NCBI GenBank assembly: GCA_049976845.1
Contig: JBMFHL010000023.1
Location: 1-11,502, forward strand
Source of the DNA: Candidatus Micrarchaeia archaeon
GTDB lineage: Archaea; Micrarchaeota; Micrarchaeia; Micrarchaeales; CABMGC01
Direction of reading: 5' to 3'
DNA: 11,502 nucleotides
Of the stretch, positions 1 to 7,689 are shown piece after piece. Below the pieces are notes generated by a model, which was not told the DNA's origin, searched no databases, and was given only the letters and a program-made list of their open reading frames with translations. Position 1 is the first letter of the stretch, and each line of letters starts with the position of its first letter. The translations under genes were made by a program, and so were the position numbers.

Positions 1-1
1 A

Positions 2-733
2 GGCTTCAAGCCCAGAGCAATGGTTGATGTAAGCAAAGCCTTTGAAGAAGCAAGGCTACTGAAGGATGATGAAGAGGTTCAGAGCATAAGGAAGGCGATT
101 TCAATAACAAAGCTTGCAATAATGCAGGCGCAGAAATACTTGAGGGAAGGCATTACAGAATTGACCTTTGCCGCACAGATAGAGTACATAATGAAGTCCC
201 TAGGGGCGACAGGGCTTGCTTTTGACACAATAGTTGCGTTCGGCAAAAATGCCGCTCTACCCCACCATATGCCTGATGAAACAAAACTAAAGAGCGGCGA
301 CTTCGTTTTGATAGATACTGGGGCAAAATACAAAAACTACTGCGCCGACATATCAAGAACCATAATATTCGATGAGAAAAAGGCAAGGAATGCAAAGAGA
401 ATGGAAGAGATGCTAAAGGTTGTGAAGGACGCACAACTCATGGCAATAAAGGCAATAAAGCCGGGCATAAGCGGCGCCAAAGTCTCAAAAATGGTTACAT
501 CTTACATAAACAGCTACGCAAATGGCAGATACAAAGGCAAGTTCATACACGCGCTAGGCCACTCAGTCGGAATAGAAGTCCATGATGCGACAATATTTTC
601 AAAGAAGCCTAGCGTCAAGATAAAGGACAGGATGGTTCTAGCGATAGAACCGGGAATTTACATAAACGGATTCGGAGGAGTAAGGATAGAAGACGACATA
701 TTGGTAACGAAAGACGGCGCAGTTGTGCTTTAA
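2..733 (+). CDS. pepQ: Xaa-Pro aminopeptidase/prolidase (M24B family), C-terminal catalytic domain; 5' end outside the window
   Basis: M24 metal-ligand motifs: LIDTGAKYKNYCADISRT, HALGHSVGIEVHD, IEPGIY, GVRIEDD. The frame is open from base 2, so ATG at 20 is probably internal. Stop TAA at 731-733. Confidence 0.9.
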   Translation, partial: GFKPRAMVDVSKAFEEARLLKDDEEVQSIRKAISITKLAIMQAQKYLREGITELTFAAQIEYIMKSLGATGLAFDTIVAFGKNAALPHHMPDETKLKSGDFVLIDTGAKYKNYCADISRTIIFDEKKARNAKRMEEMLKVVKDAQLMAIKAIKPGISGAKVSKMVTSYINSYANGRYKGKFIHALGHSVGIEVHDATIFSKKPSVKIKDRMVLAIEPGIYINGFGGVRIEDDILVTKDGAVVL

Positions 734-807
734 GGGGAGCTCTGCTAGCTTGGTCAGGCTTCCAGGTTCGGGACCTGGCGACCCGAGTTCAAATCTCGGG
801 CTCCCCG
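734..807 (+). tRNA. tRNA-Pro (anticodon CGG), no intron, CCA not encoded
   Basis: Acceptor stem GGGGAGC 734-740 / GCTCCCC 800-806; D-loop AGCTTGGTCA; anticodon arm CCAGG-TTCGGGA-CCTGG (CGG at 769-771); T arm CCGAG-TTCAAAT-CTCGG; discriminator G807. Confidence 0.95.
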
Positions 808-812
808 TTTTT
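808..812 (+). terminator. Oligo-T tract directly after tRNA-Pro, candidate archaeal intrinsic terminator
   Basis: TTTTT at 808-812 followed by GCTTT. Confidence 0.45.
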
Positions 813-853
813 GCTTTGGGGTTATATATAGAGACCACATTTTGCACCCCCAT

Positions 854-882
854 TCTGTCGTCGAAGCCAAAATCTGTCGTCG
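854..882. repeat. 10-bp direct repeat TCTGTCGTCG x2
   Basis: Exact copies at 854-863 and 873-882 (19-bp period). Confidence 0.85.
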
Positions 883-960
883 TAAAATCAGTATCTTTTT
901 TCGACCTAAGGTTCTAACATATTTTTAGCAAGGATAAGGGCTGAGAAAAAGAGAAATTTT

Positions 961-1236
961 CTATCTAGGAATATATTTCCTTATAAAGTCAAATAGAGAA
1001 TCAGATTCAAAAGGTTCTAACCAAATAAATATTGAATCGATAGTCATCAAAACAATGAATATAATCGATACTGTGTAAAAAGTATTTTCAAAACTCTGAC
1101 CATTAAAGTAGTTTGGTACTCCTGCAAAATAAGAATTAACTACTTGAAGTCCAACACCTATCGCTGTAAAGATTACAATTCCACAAAATGCTATAAGGAT
1201 ATGTTTTCCTAATATTTTGAGTTTTTCAGTGTCCAT
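961..1236 (-). CDS. Small two-TM membrane protein, unknown function, AT-rich
   Basis: 91 aa ORF with two hydrophobic stretches (ILIAFCGIVIFTAIGVGL; FYTVSIIFIVLMTIDSIFIWL). Hand-counted GC: 16/60 at 961-1020 and 15/60 at 1021-1080. Confidence 0.6.
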   Translation of the reverse strand: MDTEKLKILGKHILIAFCGIVIFTAIGVGLQVVNSYFAGVPNYFNGQSFENTFYTVSIIFIVLMTIDSIFIWLEPFESDSLFDFIRKYIPR

Positions 1237-1512
1237 GCTTTCACAGCATCTTCATCAGCTTCTTCATCGTTTTCCTCTTTAATACTATCTTCTTCCCTTC
1301 TTTTAATCTTTTTTTAGAGGTTAGATTCTATCACTTGACATAGACCTAAAACTGGCTTTATTCTTCCTATCATTAACTTAAAATATTAACATCATTCCTT
1401 TTCAAAGCTTCTAACACCCCATCTCTTGCTTCCCGTCCCCTTATCCGGCTTTTTATGGCAATTTCTAATACAAATAATATAAATTAGTCAGAATATCTAA
1501 TCAGATGCGCGG

Positions 1513-2163
1513 CTATTGCTGCTTTGAGACAATGCTCTTTACCGTGCTGAAAAGTAGCTTATAATTATCCGCTCTTGCGCGGTACTTGTCTATCTTCCTC
1601 TTCTTTGCGGCAATTCTGTTCTTAATCCTCTTTATATCCCCCTTCCTGAAGATGCGCAATACACCTGATTCCTTATACCTAAGCTCAAGCGTAAGCTCGT
1701 CTATCTTCCTCTCTTCTATCCTCTCTTTTGCGCTTGCCAAGTCTATTTTGCCAACTATATCGCTTAGAAGCATATTGTAGTATTTGCTCATTGCATATGG
1801 GTCCTTTGCCTTTGCAATCACACCCGTAAGGAATGGTATTATCAAAGAAGAGCCAAATTTCTTCCTATAACCCAGTGCAAGTGCCTCCAGCATTTTTATG
1901 TAGTTCTCTGCCTCGCCGTTTTTCATCTTCTTGCAGTTTGACACTATCTGGTGCATGTTGCTCAATTCATAATCATAGTTGTTCAGTATGCTCCTCATAT
2001 TCGCAATATGCTTTTCAAACAGCTCCCTGTTGCGCTCATCCTCTTTTATTTTATCATGCCTGTCTTTCTTCAGCACTTCCTCAACGGCTCTTGACTCCAT
2101 GTTCTGGTAATTAGATTTGAAATCTGGCAGAGATTCTAATTCGTTTGTTTTTAAATAATCCAC
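1513..2163 (-). CDS. Hypothetical helical/coiled-coil protein with basic C-terminus
   Basis: 216 aa ORF, GTG start preceded by SD-like GGCGAT, 10 nt downstream of the gltX stop. K/E/R-rich. No family recognised. Confidence 0.8.
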   Translation of the reverse strand: MDYLKTNELESLPDFKSNYQNMESRAVEEVLKKDRHDKIKEDERNRELFEKHIANMRSILNNYDYELSNMHQIVSNCKKMKNGEAENYIKMLEALALGYRKKFGSSLIIPFLTGVIAKAKDPYAMSKYYNMLLSDIVGKIDLASAKERIEERKIDELTLELRYKESGVLRIFRKGDIKRIKNRIAAKKRKIDKYRARADNYKLLFSTVKSIVSKQQ

Positions 2164-2173
2164 AAGATCGCCT

Positions 2174-3892
2174 TTATATCCCTATAAACTGCATATTCTT
2201 AACATCATCAAGCTTAAAAAATCCTACCCTCTCGAACTGCACAACGTCGTCCTTATTTATATTCTTTGCATAGCTCTCAGCATAACCTTTCACGCTTTCA
2301 AGGCTGTCTTTGTTTATCTCGCCGTTAATCAACAGCGGCTTTGGTATAATGAGCTCAGCATTGACATAATTATTCTTTTCAACCCACTGCACCTTCTTAG
2401 CATCGATAGAATCATTGCCTATGTAAGTGCCATGTATTTTATTCCCAGTGATTTTTTCTATTTTGATATTGTACAGATCCTTCAGCCTTATGCTCTCACC
2501 TTCGCTCAAGCCTTTTGCATCGCTGCCGCTTATGTAGAATATATCTCCAACAGCATACTCCCTGTAGCCAAGGTCGTTGCTTGGATGGAGTTTAAGTTTA
2601 ACCTCCATGCTATCAATCCCTTCCACAGTGATCTCTGCAGGGTCTGAAACGAAGAAGAGTCTTTTTGCATTCTTGTCGATTATCTTCCTGTTCTCTGCAA
2701 GCAATATGTCCATATTCATATAACTCTCTACCTTGCTCATGCCAAACCTTAGCACAAACGCCCTTATCGCCTCTGGGGTTATCCCCCTCCTCCTCATGCC
2801 TGCAATAGTCGCGAGCCTAGGATCGTCGTAGCTACTTATCACTTTCTCCTTAAGAAGTTTGTTTATTACTCTTTTCTGCGTTGGAGAGTCTTTTATCACA
2901 AGCCTTGCCTCTAGGTGTATTCTCGGTTTCCTCAAGCCTAAAGCGTCCAATATCTTAAGATCAAGCTCGTTTCTGAGCTCGTATTCCTTGCTCCTTATTA
3001 CATCAGTTACGCCGTTTATAGAGTCCATTATGGGTGTGTTAAGATCATAAGTGGGCCAAGCAACGTATTTGTCACCTTGCCTGTAGTGATCCGCATGCTT
3101 TATCCTAATCAGCGTCGGGTCGCGCATAGCCGTATTATTGTCCTGCAAATTGCCTTTGAACCTTAAAACAGCCTTGCCCTCGTCTATTTTGCCATTCAGC
3201 ATATCCTCAAAAAGATACAAATTCTCTTCAATTGAATGGTCCCTGTGTATGCATGCAATGCCATTGAACCTGTTTCTCTTTATTATGTCCTGCTCGCATG
3301 TGCACACATAGGCTTTGCCAGATTTTATGAGCTCTTTTGCATATTCGTAGATCTTTGGAACGTTGTCGCTCGCATAATACTCCTTGTCGAAACTCATACC
3401 TAGCCATTCAAGATCAATCTTGAACTGGTCAACATACTCTTGTTTCTCTTTCTCCGGATTGGTGTCATCAAAGTAAAGGAAGAACTTCCCGTTGTATATC
3501 TTTGTGAATTCCTGCTCCAAATACGCAACTTTCGCATGGCCTATATGCATATAGCCGCTGGGTTCCGGCGGAAACCTTGTTGCAAACTCTCCGACCTTCG
3601 CTCCTGGAAGCTCAAACCTGGGCTTCGAAGATTTCTCTGCTTTCTTCTGCTCCTCAATTTCAAATTCGTCCTTGTATTCTGAAAACTCCTTCTCAATTTG
3701 CCCCGCCTCCATGCTGTTTACAGAATTGACAACCTCTATTACTATGCCCTCAAGCCCTTTCATATCCTTCTTTGATTCCGGATCCTTCGAAATAGTTTTG
3801 TTAAGCACCGCCTTATAATCTGCCTTGCCATAATCTATGGCATTCTTGAGCGCAAGCTTCTTTACAATATTCTTCAATTCCTCCTTGTCCAC
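2174..3892 (-). CDS. gltX: Glutamyl-tRNA synthetase, archaeal type (presumably non-discriminating)
   Basis: TRFPPEPSGYMHIGH (HIGH), FDDTNP, WPTYD, DDPRLATI, VQFERVGF; archaeal N-terminal ALKNA helix; beta-barrel-type C-terminus. GTG start overlaps the upstream TAG by 1 nt (TAGTG). Confidence 0.97.
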   Translation of the reverse strand: MDKEELKNIVKKLALKNAIDYGKADYKAVLNKTISKDPESKKDMKGLEGIVIEVVNSVNSMEAGQIEKEFSEYKDEFEIEEQKKAEKSSKPRFELPGAKVGEFATRFPPEPSGYMHIGHAKVAYLEQEFTKIYNGKFFLYFDDTNPEKEKQEYVDQFKIDLEWLGMSFDKEYYASDNVPKIYEYAKELIKSGKAYVCTCEQDIIKRNRFNGIACIHRDHSIEENLYLFEDMLNGKIDEGKAVLRFKGNLQDNNTAMRDPTLIRIKHADHYRQGDKYVAWPTYDLNTPIMDSINGVTDVIRSKEYELRNELDLKILDALGLRKPRIHLEARLVIKDSPTQKRVINKLLKEKVISSYDDPRLATIAGMRRRGITPEAIRAFVLRFGMSKVESYMNMDILLAENRKIIDKNAKRLFFVSDPAEITVEGIDSMEVKLKLHPSNDLGYREYAVGDIFYISGSDAKGLSEGESIRLKDLYNIKIEKITGNKIHGTYIGNDSIDAKKVQWVEKNNYVNAELIIPKPLLINGEINKDSLESVKGYAESYAKNINKDDVVQFERVGFFKLDDVKNMQFIGI

Positions 3893-4509
3893 TAAACCAC
3901 CAGTATGCTCATGTTGCCATAAATGCTGCCGTTTGCGGCAACAAGCATATATATCTTTAGCCTAAGCGTGTCATTCATATTTTTGTGCATAAATACAGCA
4001 ACCTTCTGCGTTCTCATGCTGTTTGGGACTGTCACTTGGAAGGCTTGCGAATTTACATAGAAATTCAATGTGCTTGGGAGCAATACATCAGCATCTGTCT
4101 GAATAGAGGTGCACGACATATCATTGCTGCCTATGCTGTTGCTCACATAGCCATAGAATTGTGTCATGTTCATTCTGCCCATGTAGACAAGAGTAACATT
4201 AGAAGCAGGCGAGTAATAGTTGCTGACGCTGTTATTCTTGCCCAATGCAATCAGCATGCTTGAAATCTCGCTGCTTATGTTCATCTGCGTAACGGAATTA
4301 CATCCTATCGACAATGTTGCAGTAGAGCCGTAGCCAGTTACCGTTGCATTTGCGAACGAATAACCGTATACGGTGCCTATAGTGGTTGTCTGCCTACTAG
4401 GGTTATTCTGAGCAGGCAAGGCGTTGTTGCTCATTGAAGTATAGGAAGCAACGAAGATTACAGCAACGAACAGCGAGCCTATAAGTTGCAGAAGCTGCTT
4501 TTTGTTCAT
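3892..4509 (-). CDS. Hypothetical membrane-anchored or secreted protein, probable glycoprotein
   Basis: N-terminal MNKKQ plus hydrophobic segment LLQLIGSLFVAVIFVA. S/T/N-rich with N-x-S/T sequons (NAT, NIS, NNS, NVT, NMT, NDT, NGS, NMS). ATG at 4509 preferred because GTGATTGAA precedes it; GTG at 4518 is the alternative. Confidence 0.8.
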   Translation of the reverse strand: MNKKQLLQLIGSLFVAVIFVASYTSMSNNALPAQNNPSRQTTTIGTVYGYSFANATVTGYGSTATLSIGCNSVTQMNISSEISSMLIALGKNNSVSNYYSPASNVTLVYMGRMNMTQFYGYVSNSIGSNDMSCTSIQTDADVLLPSTLNFYVNSQAFQVTVPNSMRTQKVAVFMHKNMNDTLRLKIYMLVAANGSIYGNMSILVV

Positions 4510-4611
4510 TTCAATCACAAGTTTTTTAATTATTGGTTATGCAATAAATAAAGCATCGGTTTAGAATTAATAATTATTGCAATATATATAAATAATGCTA
4601 TAGATGATTTT

Positions 4612-5385
4612 ATGAGCTTTAAGGATGGAGATTTTATAAAAGTGGAGTACAGCGCATGGCGCGCAGCTGACAACAGCCTTGTTTTCACAACAGACCAAAA
4701 GAAGGCGGAGGAGAGTGGAATATACAATAAAGATGTTAGATATGGTCCGCAGCTCATCGTGCTTGGCAAGAGGAGTGTAATAAAAGGCCTTGAGGAAGTG
4801 CTGAAGGGCATGAGTATAAACGAGAGCAAGAAAGTGGAGATAGAACCTAAAGACGCTTTTGGAGAAAGGAACCCAGATTTAGTCAGGGTAATCCCAATAG
4901 CCGATTTCAGGAGGAGGGACATTAATCCATACCCTGGCATGCAGCTTGACATAGACGGGGCTACTGCAGTGGTGAAAAGCATAACTTCAGGTAGGGTATT
5001 AGTTGATATGAATCACCCCCTTGCCGGAGAGAAACTAGTATACGAAATAAAAGTAGACTCGGTAATAGAAGATGCAAAGGAAAAAGTCAGCGTTATAGCG
5101 GAGTCCTATTCCCTAAAGCCAGATTCTGTAAGCGTAAGCAATGCAGTTGCAACCGCAACATTTGGACCTAGCATAAAGAAAGATGCTGATTACTTTGTAA
5201 ACAAAACCTCTTTTGTAAGCGCTGTTCTGTTGTATATGGAAAGCATAAGCAAGGTGGAAGTCAGGGAGGAATTCGAGAGGGAGGATGGGAAATCTGAAGG
5301 GCCCGCTGTAATAGAAAATAAAGGCAAAGAGGCCAAAGCGCAAGAGAGCGCTAAGAAAGGAGAAAAGAAAGAAGAAGAAAAATAG
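4612..5385 (+). CDS. slyD: Long-type archaeal FKBP peptidyl-prolyl isomerase/chaperone (SlyD-like with IF domain)
   Basis: GDFIKVEY, VFTT, VIKGLEE, IEPKDAFGERNP, GRVLVDMNHPLAGEKLVYEIKV; extra C-terminal domain and K/E-rich tail. Confidence 0.93.
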   Translation: MSFKDGDFIKVEYSAWRAADNSLVFTTDQKKAEESGIYNKDVRYGPQLIVLGKRSVIKGLEEVLKGMSINESKKVEIEPKDAFGERNPDLVRVIPIADFRRRDINPYPGMQLDIDGATAVVKSITSGRVLVDMNHPLAGEKLVYEIKVDSVIEDAKEKVSVIAESYSLKPDSVSVSNAVATATFGPSIKKDADYFVNKTSFVSAVLLYMESISKVEVREEFEREDGKSEGPAVIENKGKEAKAQESAKKGEKKEEEK

Positions 5386-5396
5386 AAGTCAGATCC

Positions 5397-5585
5397 TCAG
5401 TCGTTTATTGAGAGCGCATACCTGCCGTTTACCTTTATGTTTAGCTTTTTTGCTATCTCTGATTTCTCAGCGTCAAGTATTACAATGTAGCCGCTCCATT
5501 TTGTTGTAAGCTCTGTAGAGCCACACAATGGGCACACGTCGCCCTGGGATATTATTAATCTGCATTTTTTGCAAGCTTTCTCCAT
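5397..5585 (-). CDS. spt4: Transcription elongation factor Spt4 (RpoE'')
   Basis: KACKKC...CPLCGS zinc ribbon, WSGYIVILD, SEIAKKL, GRYAL; directly downstream of rpoE1. Confidence 0.96.
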   Translation of the reverse strand: MEKACKKCRLIISQGDVCPLCGSTELTTKWSGYIVILDAEKSEIAKKLNIKVNGRYALSIND

Positions 5586-5590
5586 AGTAA

Positions 5591-6160
5591 TTACCTTTTC
5601 TGCCTAGGTTTTCTTTCCCTTTGCTTTGTCTCAAGCAGCCATTCAGGCTTGCCAAGGCCTTCTGGCCTCATGGTTAGCGCAATCTTGGTATCTTTTGCAT
5701 TCGACTTCATGCTTATAGTAGAAACTTTTGCGTAAACAACATCCCCCTTCTTCAGAGTCCTGCCAGTGTTTCTTGACACAAACATGCCTGATTTCCTGTC
5801 GTAGTTTATGAAATCGCCAGTTATCTGTGATAGATGGACAAGCCCATCAAGCGGTCCTATCCTTACAAAGCACCCGAATTCTACGATTTCGCTTACCTCT
5901 CCAGCTACCACTTCATCCACTTCAAGCTTGAATGTTAGCACGTTGAAAGTAACATCATGATGCGTTGAAGGATCGCCAGGCATAAGCACGCCATCGCTTA
6001 TATCACGTACATCGTATACTACAAGTATGACACCCATGTCCCTATCTATTGTCCTTTCATACTTGTTCCTAAGTATATCTGTTGCGACCTTGTTTATATC
6101 CTCGCCAAAATATGCTGGGGATATGCTCAGCGTATCTTTTATAGTATATGTATAATACAA
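5591..6160 (-). CDS. rpoE1: DNA-directed RNA polymerase subunit E' (Rpo7)
   Basis: EFGCFVRIGPLDGLVHLSQI S1 domain, KIALTMRPEGLGKPEW. TTG start preceded by SD GGTGAG. Confidence 0.96.
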   Translation of the reverse strand: MYYTYTIKDTLSISPAYFGEDINKVATDILRNKYERTIDRDMGVILVVYDVRDISDGVLMPGDPSTHHDVTFNVLTFKLEVDEVVAGEVSEIVEFGCFVRIGPLDGLVHLSQITGDFINYDRKSGMFVSRNTGRTLKKGDVVYAKVSTISMKSNAKDTKIALTMRPEGLGKPEWLLETKQRERKPRQKR

Positions 6161-6239
6161 ACACTCACCAATAGCAGTAGCTAGATTATTAATTTATTAG
6201 AAAACAATATAAATAAATACTATACCCTGAAGCTTGAAT

Positions 6240-6611
6240 CTAGCTAAAAGCCCCGCTCCTTGAAAGTGCGAAGACCTTTGCCGCTCCCTTCCTTATTCTT
6301 TTCCTCAATGCGGTGTCATTTGTGCATATAATATAGTCAGCATGCCTTGACTTTGCCTCGATCCATTTGTCAACGTACATGCGCGATTTTTCAATCTCTA
6401 TTTTTTGCTTGTATGCATCTATCTCAAGCAGCGCTATTCTCGCATAGCCGCTCACTTTGCTATTACCTTTTGAGAGCTTCTCCAATTCGCTTATTACGCC
6501 ATTAGACAAAACTATAGTGCAACCAGGGAAGTGTTCCTGCGCCTTAGAGAAGACATTAACGCTGTTTGAGAAGCCGAAAAGTATCGAGCTTGTATCGAGT
6601 ACAATGCGCAT
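6240..6611 (-). CDS. PIN-domain protein (Fcf1/Utp24-like, COG1412 type)
   Basis: MRIVLDTS, VISELEKL, VD, ICTNDTALRKR PIN acidic motifs; usual archaeal position upstream of rpoE1. Start re-called at ATG 6611, because the track's 6677 start overlaps the divergent promoter. Confidence 0.85.
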   Translation of the reverse strand: MRIVLDTSSILFGFSNSVNVFSKAQEHFPGCTIVLSNGVISELEKLSKGNSKVSGYARIALLEIDAYKQKIEIEKSRMYVDKWIEAKSRHADYIICTNDTALRKRIRKGAAKVFALSRSGAFS

Positions 6612-6623
6612 GCTAATATTGCG

Positions 6624-6641
6624 ATAAAAAAGCTTATATAT
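6624..6641. promoter_or_regulatory. Candidate bidirectional BRE/TATA between PIN and PAP2 genes
   Basis: ATAAAAAGC-TTATATAT on +; TATATAA on - about 23 nt from the PIN ATG (leaderless geometry); PAP2 ATG about 30 nt downstream with SD AGGTG. Confidence 0.55.
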
Positions 6642-6670
6642 GCAAAATATGATAATACAAAGGTGCTTCA

Positions 6671-7243
6671 ATGCCACTGATAAACAGCATTAACATACTC
6701 GCATTCGAATTTGCAAAAAACATAGCGAGCCCTCTGCTCAACGTGCTGATGCACTACCTTACCGAAAGCTATCTTATAATAATACCTGCAATAGCCCTAT
6801 ACCTGTATTTTCGGAGGGACAAGAATGTTTTCTCCCTTGTAATATTTGGGATAGTGCTGTATATAGTCAGCGACATAATCAAGCTGATAGCAAGGGAGCC
6901 GAGGCCCTGCACCATGCCAGACTTGTCTTGGATAAATTCGATAGGCTGTGAGACAAGCTTTTCATTCCCGAGCAATCACGCTACTGTGCTCACAGGCCTT
7001 TATCTCTTCACTTCTTCATACAAATACCTTAGAATCTTATACATAGTGTGGCTTGTATTAATACTTTTCAGCAGGGTCTACCTTGGCTTGCACTATCTTA
7101 CAGACATAATTGCAGGCATAGTAATAAGCATAGCAATAGCGTGGCCCTTGTACAAGTACTATTCCAAGAAACTAAACAATTTCTCCTCAATTATATTCTG
7201 CAAGCTGCTCAGGCCCCTCTGCCCCAAGCAATGGGTGAATTAA
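6671..7243 (+). CDS. PAP2-family membrane phosphatase (possible polyprenyl-diphosphate phosphatase)
   Basis: All three PAP2 motifs: KLIAREPRP, SFPSNH, SRVYLGLHYLTD; multiple TM segments. Confidence 0.92.
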   Translation: MPLINSINILAFEFAKNIASPLLNVLMHYLTESYLIIIPAIALYLYFRRDKNVFSLVIFGIVLYIVSDIIKLIAREPRPCTMPDLSWINSIGCETSFSFPSNHATVLTGLYLFTSSYKYLRILYIVWLVLILFSRVYLGLHYLTDIIAGIVISIAIAWPLYKYYSKKLNNFSSIIFCKLLRPLCPKQWVN

Positions 7244-7689
7244 TGTCCTATGCTGAATCAGACAGCGAGACAAAAGAAGCAATAGAGCTAAGCATCCTCA
7301 AGGGCATGCATGTAATTGCAGTTGTCGGTTGCTCAAGGGAGCAGGGCAAGCCAAGCCATGACGTGCCCGAATACCTTCAAAGCGTAGGCTATAAAATAAT
7401 ACCAGTAAATCCGTTTGCAGATTATATACTTGGAGAGAAAGCGTACAAATCGCTCCTTGCAATAGAAAAAGAAAGGGGCATTGAAGTTGTTGAAGTTTTT
7501 AGGCCAGCAGGCGAAGCGCTAGACATAGCCAAGCAGGCAGTAGAGATAGGTGCACGTGCATTGTGGCTGCAGGAGGGCATATTCAACGATGCGGCGATGG
7601 AGTACGCAATATCTCACAATCTGCTTGCAGTGCAGAACAGGTGCATGATGAAAGAGCACTACCGGCTCAGTGGGGAAGGAAAGCTCTAG
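7243..7689 (+). CDS. CoA-binding protein (YccU/CoA_binding_2 family)
   Basis: IAVVGCS, YLQSVGYKIIPVNP, ILGEKAYKSL, VFRP, ALWLQEGI, NRCMMKEH. Start re-called at ATG 7243 (TAATG overlap with the PAP2 stop, SD GGTGA). Confidence 0.92.
   Translation: MSYAESDSETKEAIELSILKGMHVIAVVGCSREQGKPSHDVPEYLQSVGYKIIPVNPFADYILGEKAYKSLLAIEKERGIEVVEVFRPAGEALDIAKQAVEIGARALWLQEGIFNDAAMEYAISHNLLAVQNRCMMKEHYRLSGEGKL

Noticed and set aside
854..882. Possible mini CRISPR array
   Set aside because: Repeat of 10 bp and spacer of 9 bp are far too short; no cas genes in the window.
638..917. ORFs 638..853 (-) and 723..917 (+)
   Set aside because: They run through tRNA-Pro; shadow frames.
1240..1270. GATGA/CTGA-like motifs on the minus strand
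   Set aside because: Spacing too short for guides; better explained by Asp/Glu/Ala codons.
1488..1506. Two CTGA motifs on the minus strand, possible second C/D sRNA
   Set aside because: No RTGATGA box C or C' at suitable spacing.
4530..4982. 150-aa antisense ORF
   Set aside because: Mirror frame of the FKBP gene with no recognisable motifs.
7048..7242. 65-aa N-terminal extension of the CoA-binding ORF
   Set aside because: Overlaps PAP2; a better start exists at 7243 with SD and TAATG coupling.
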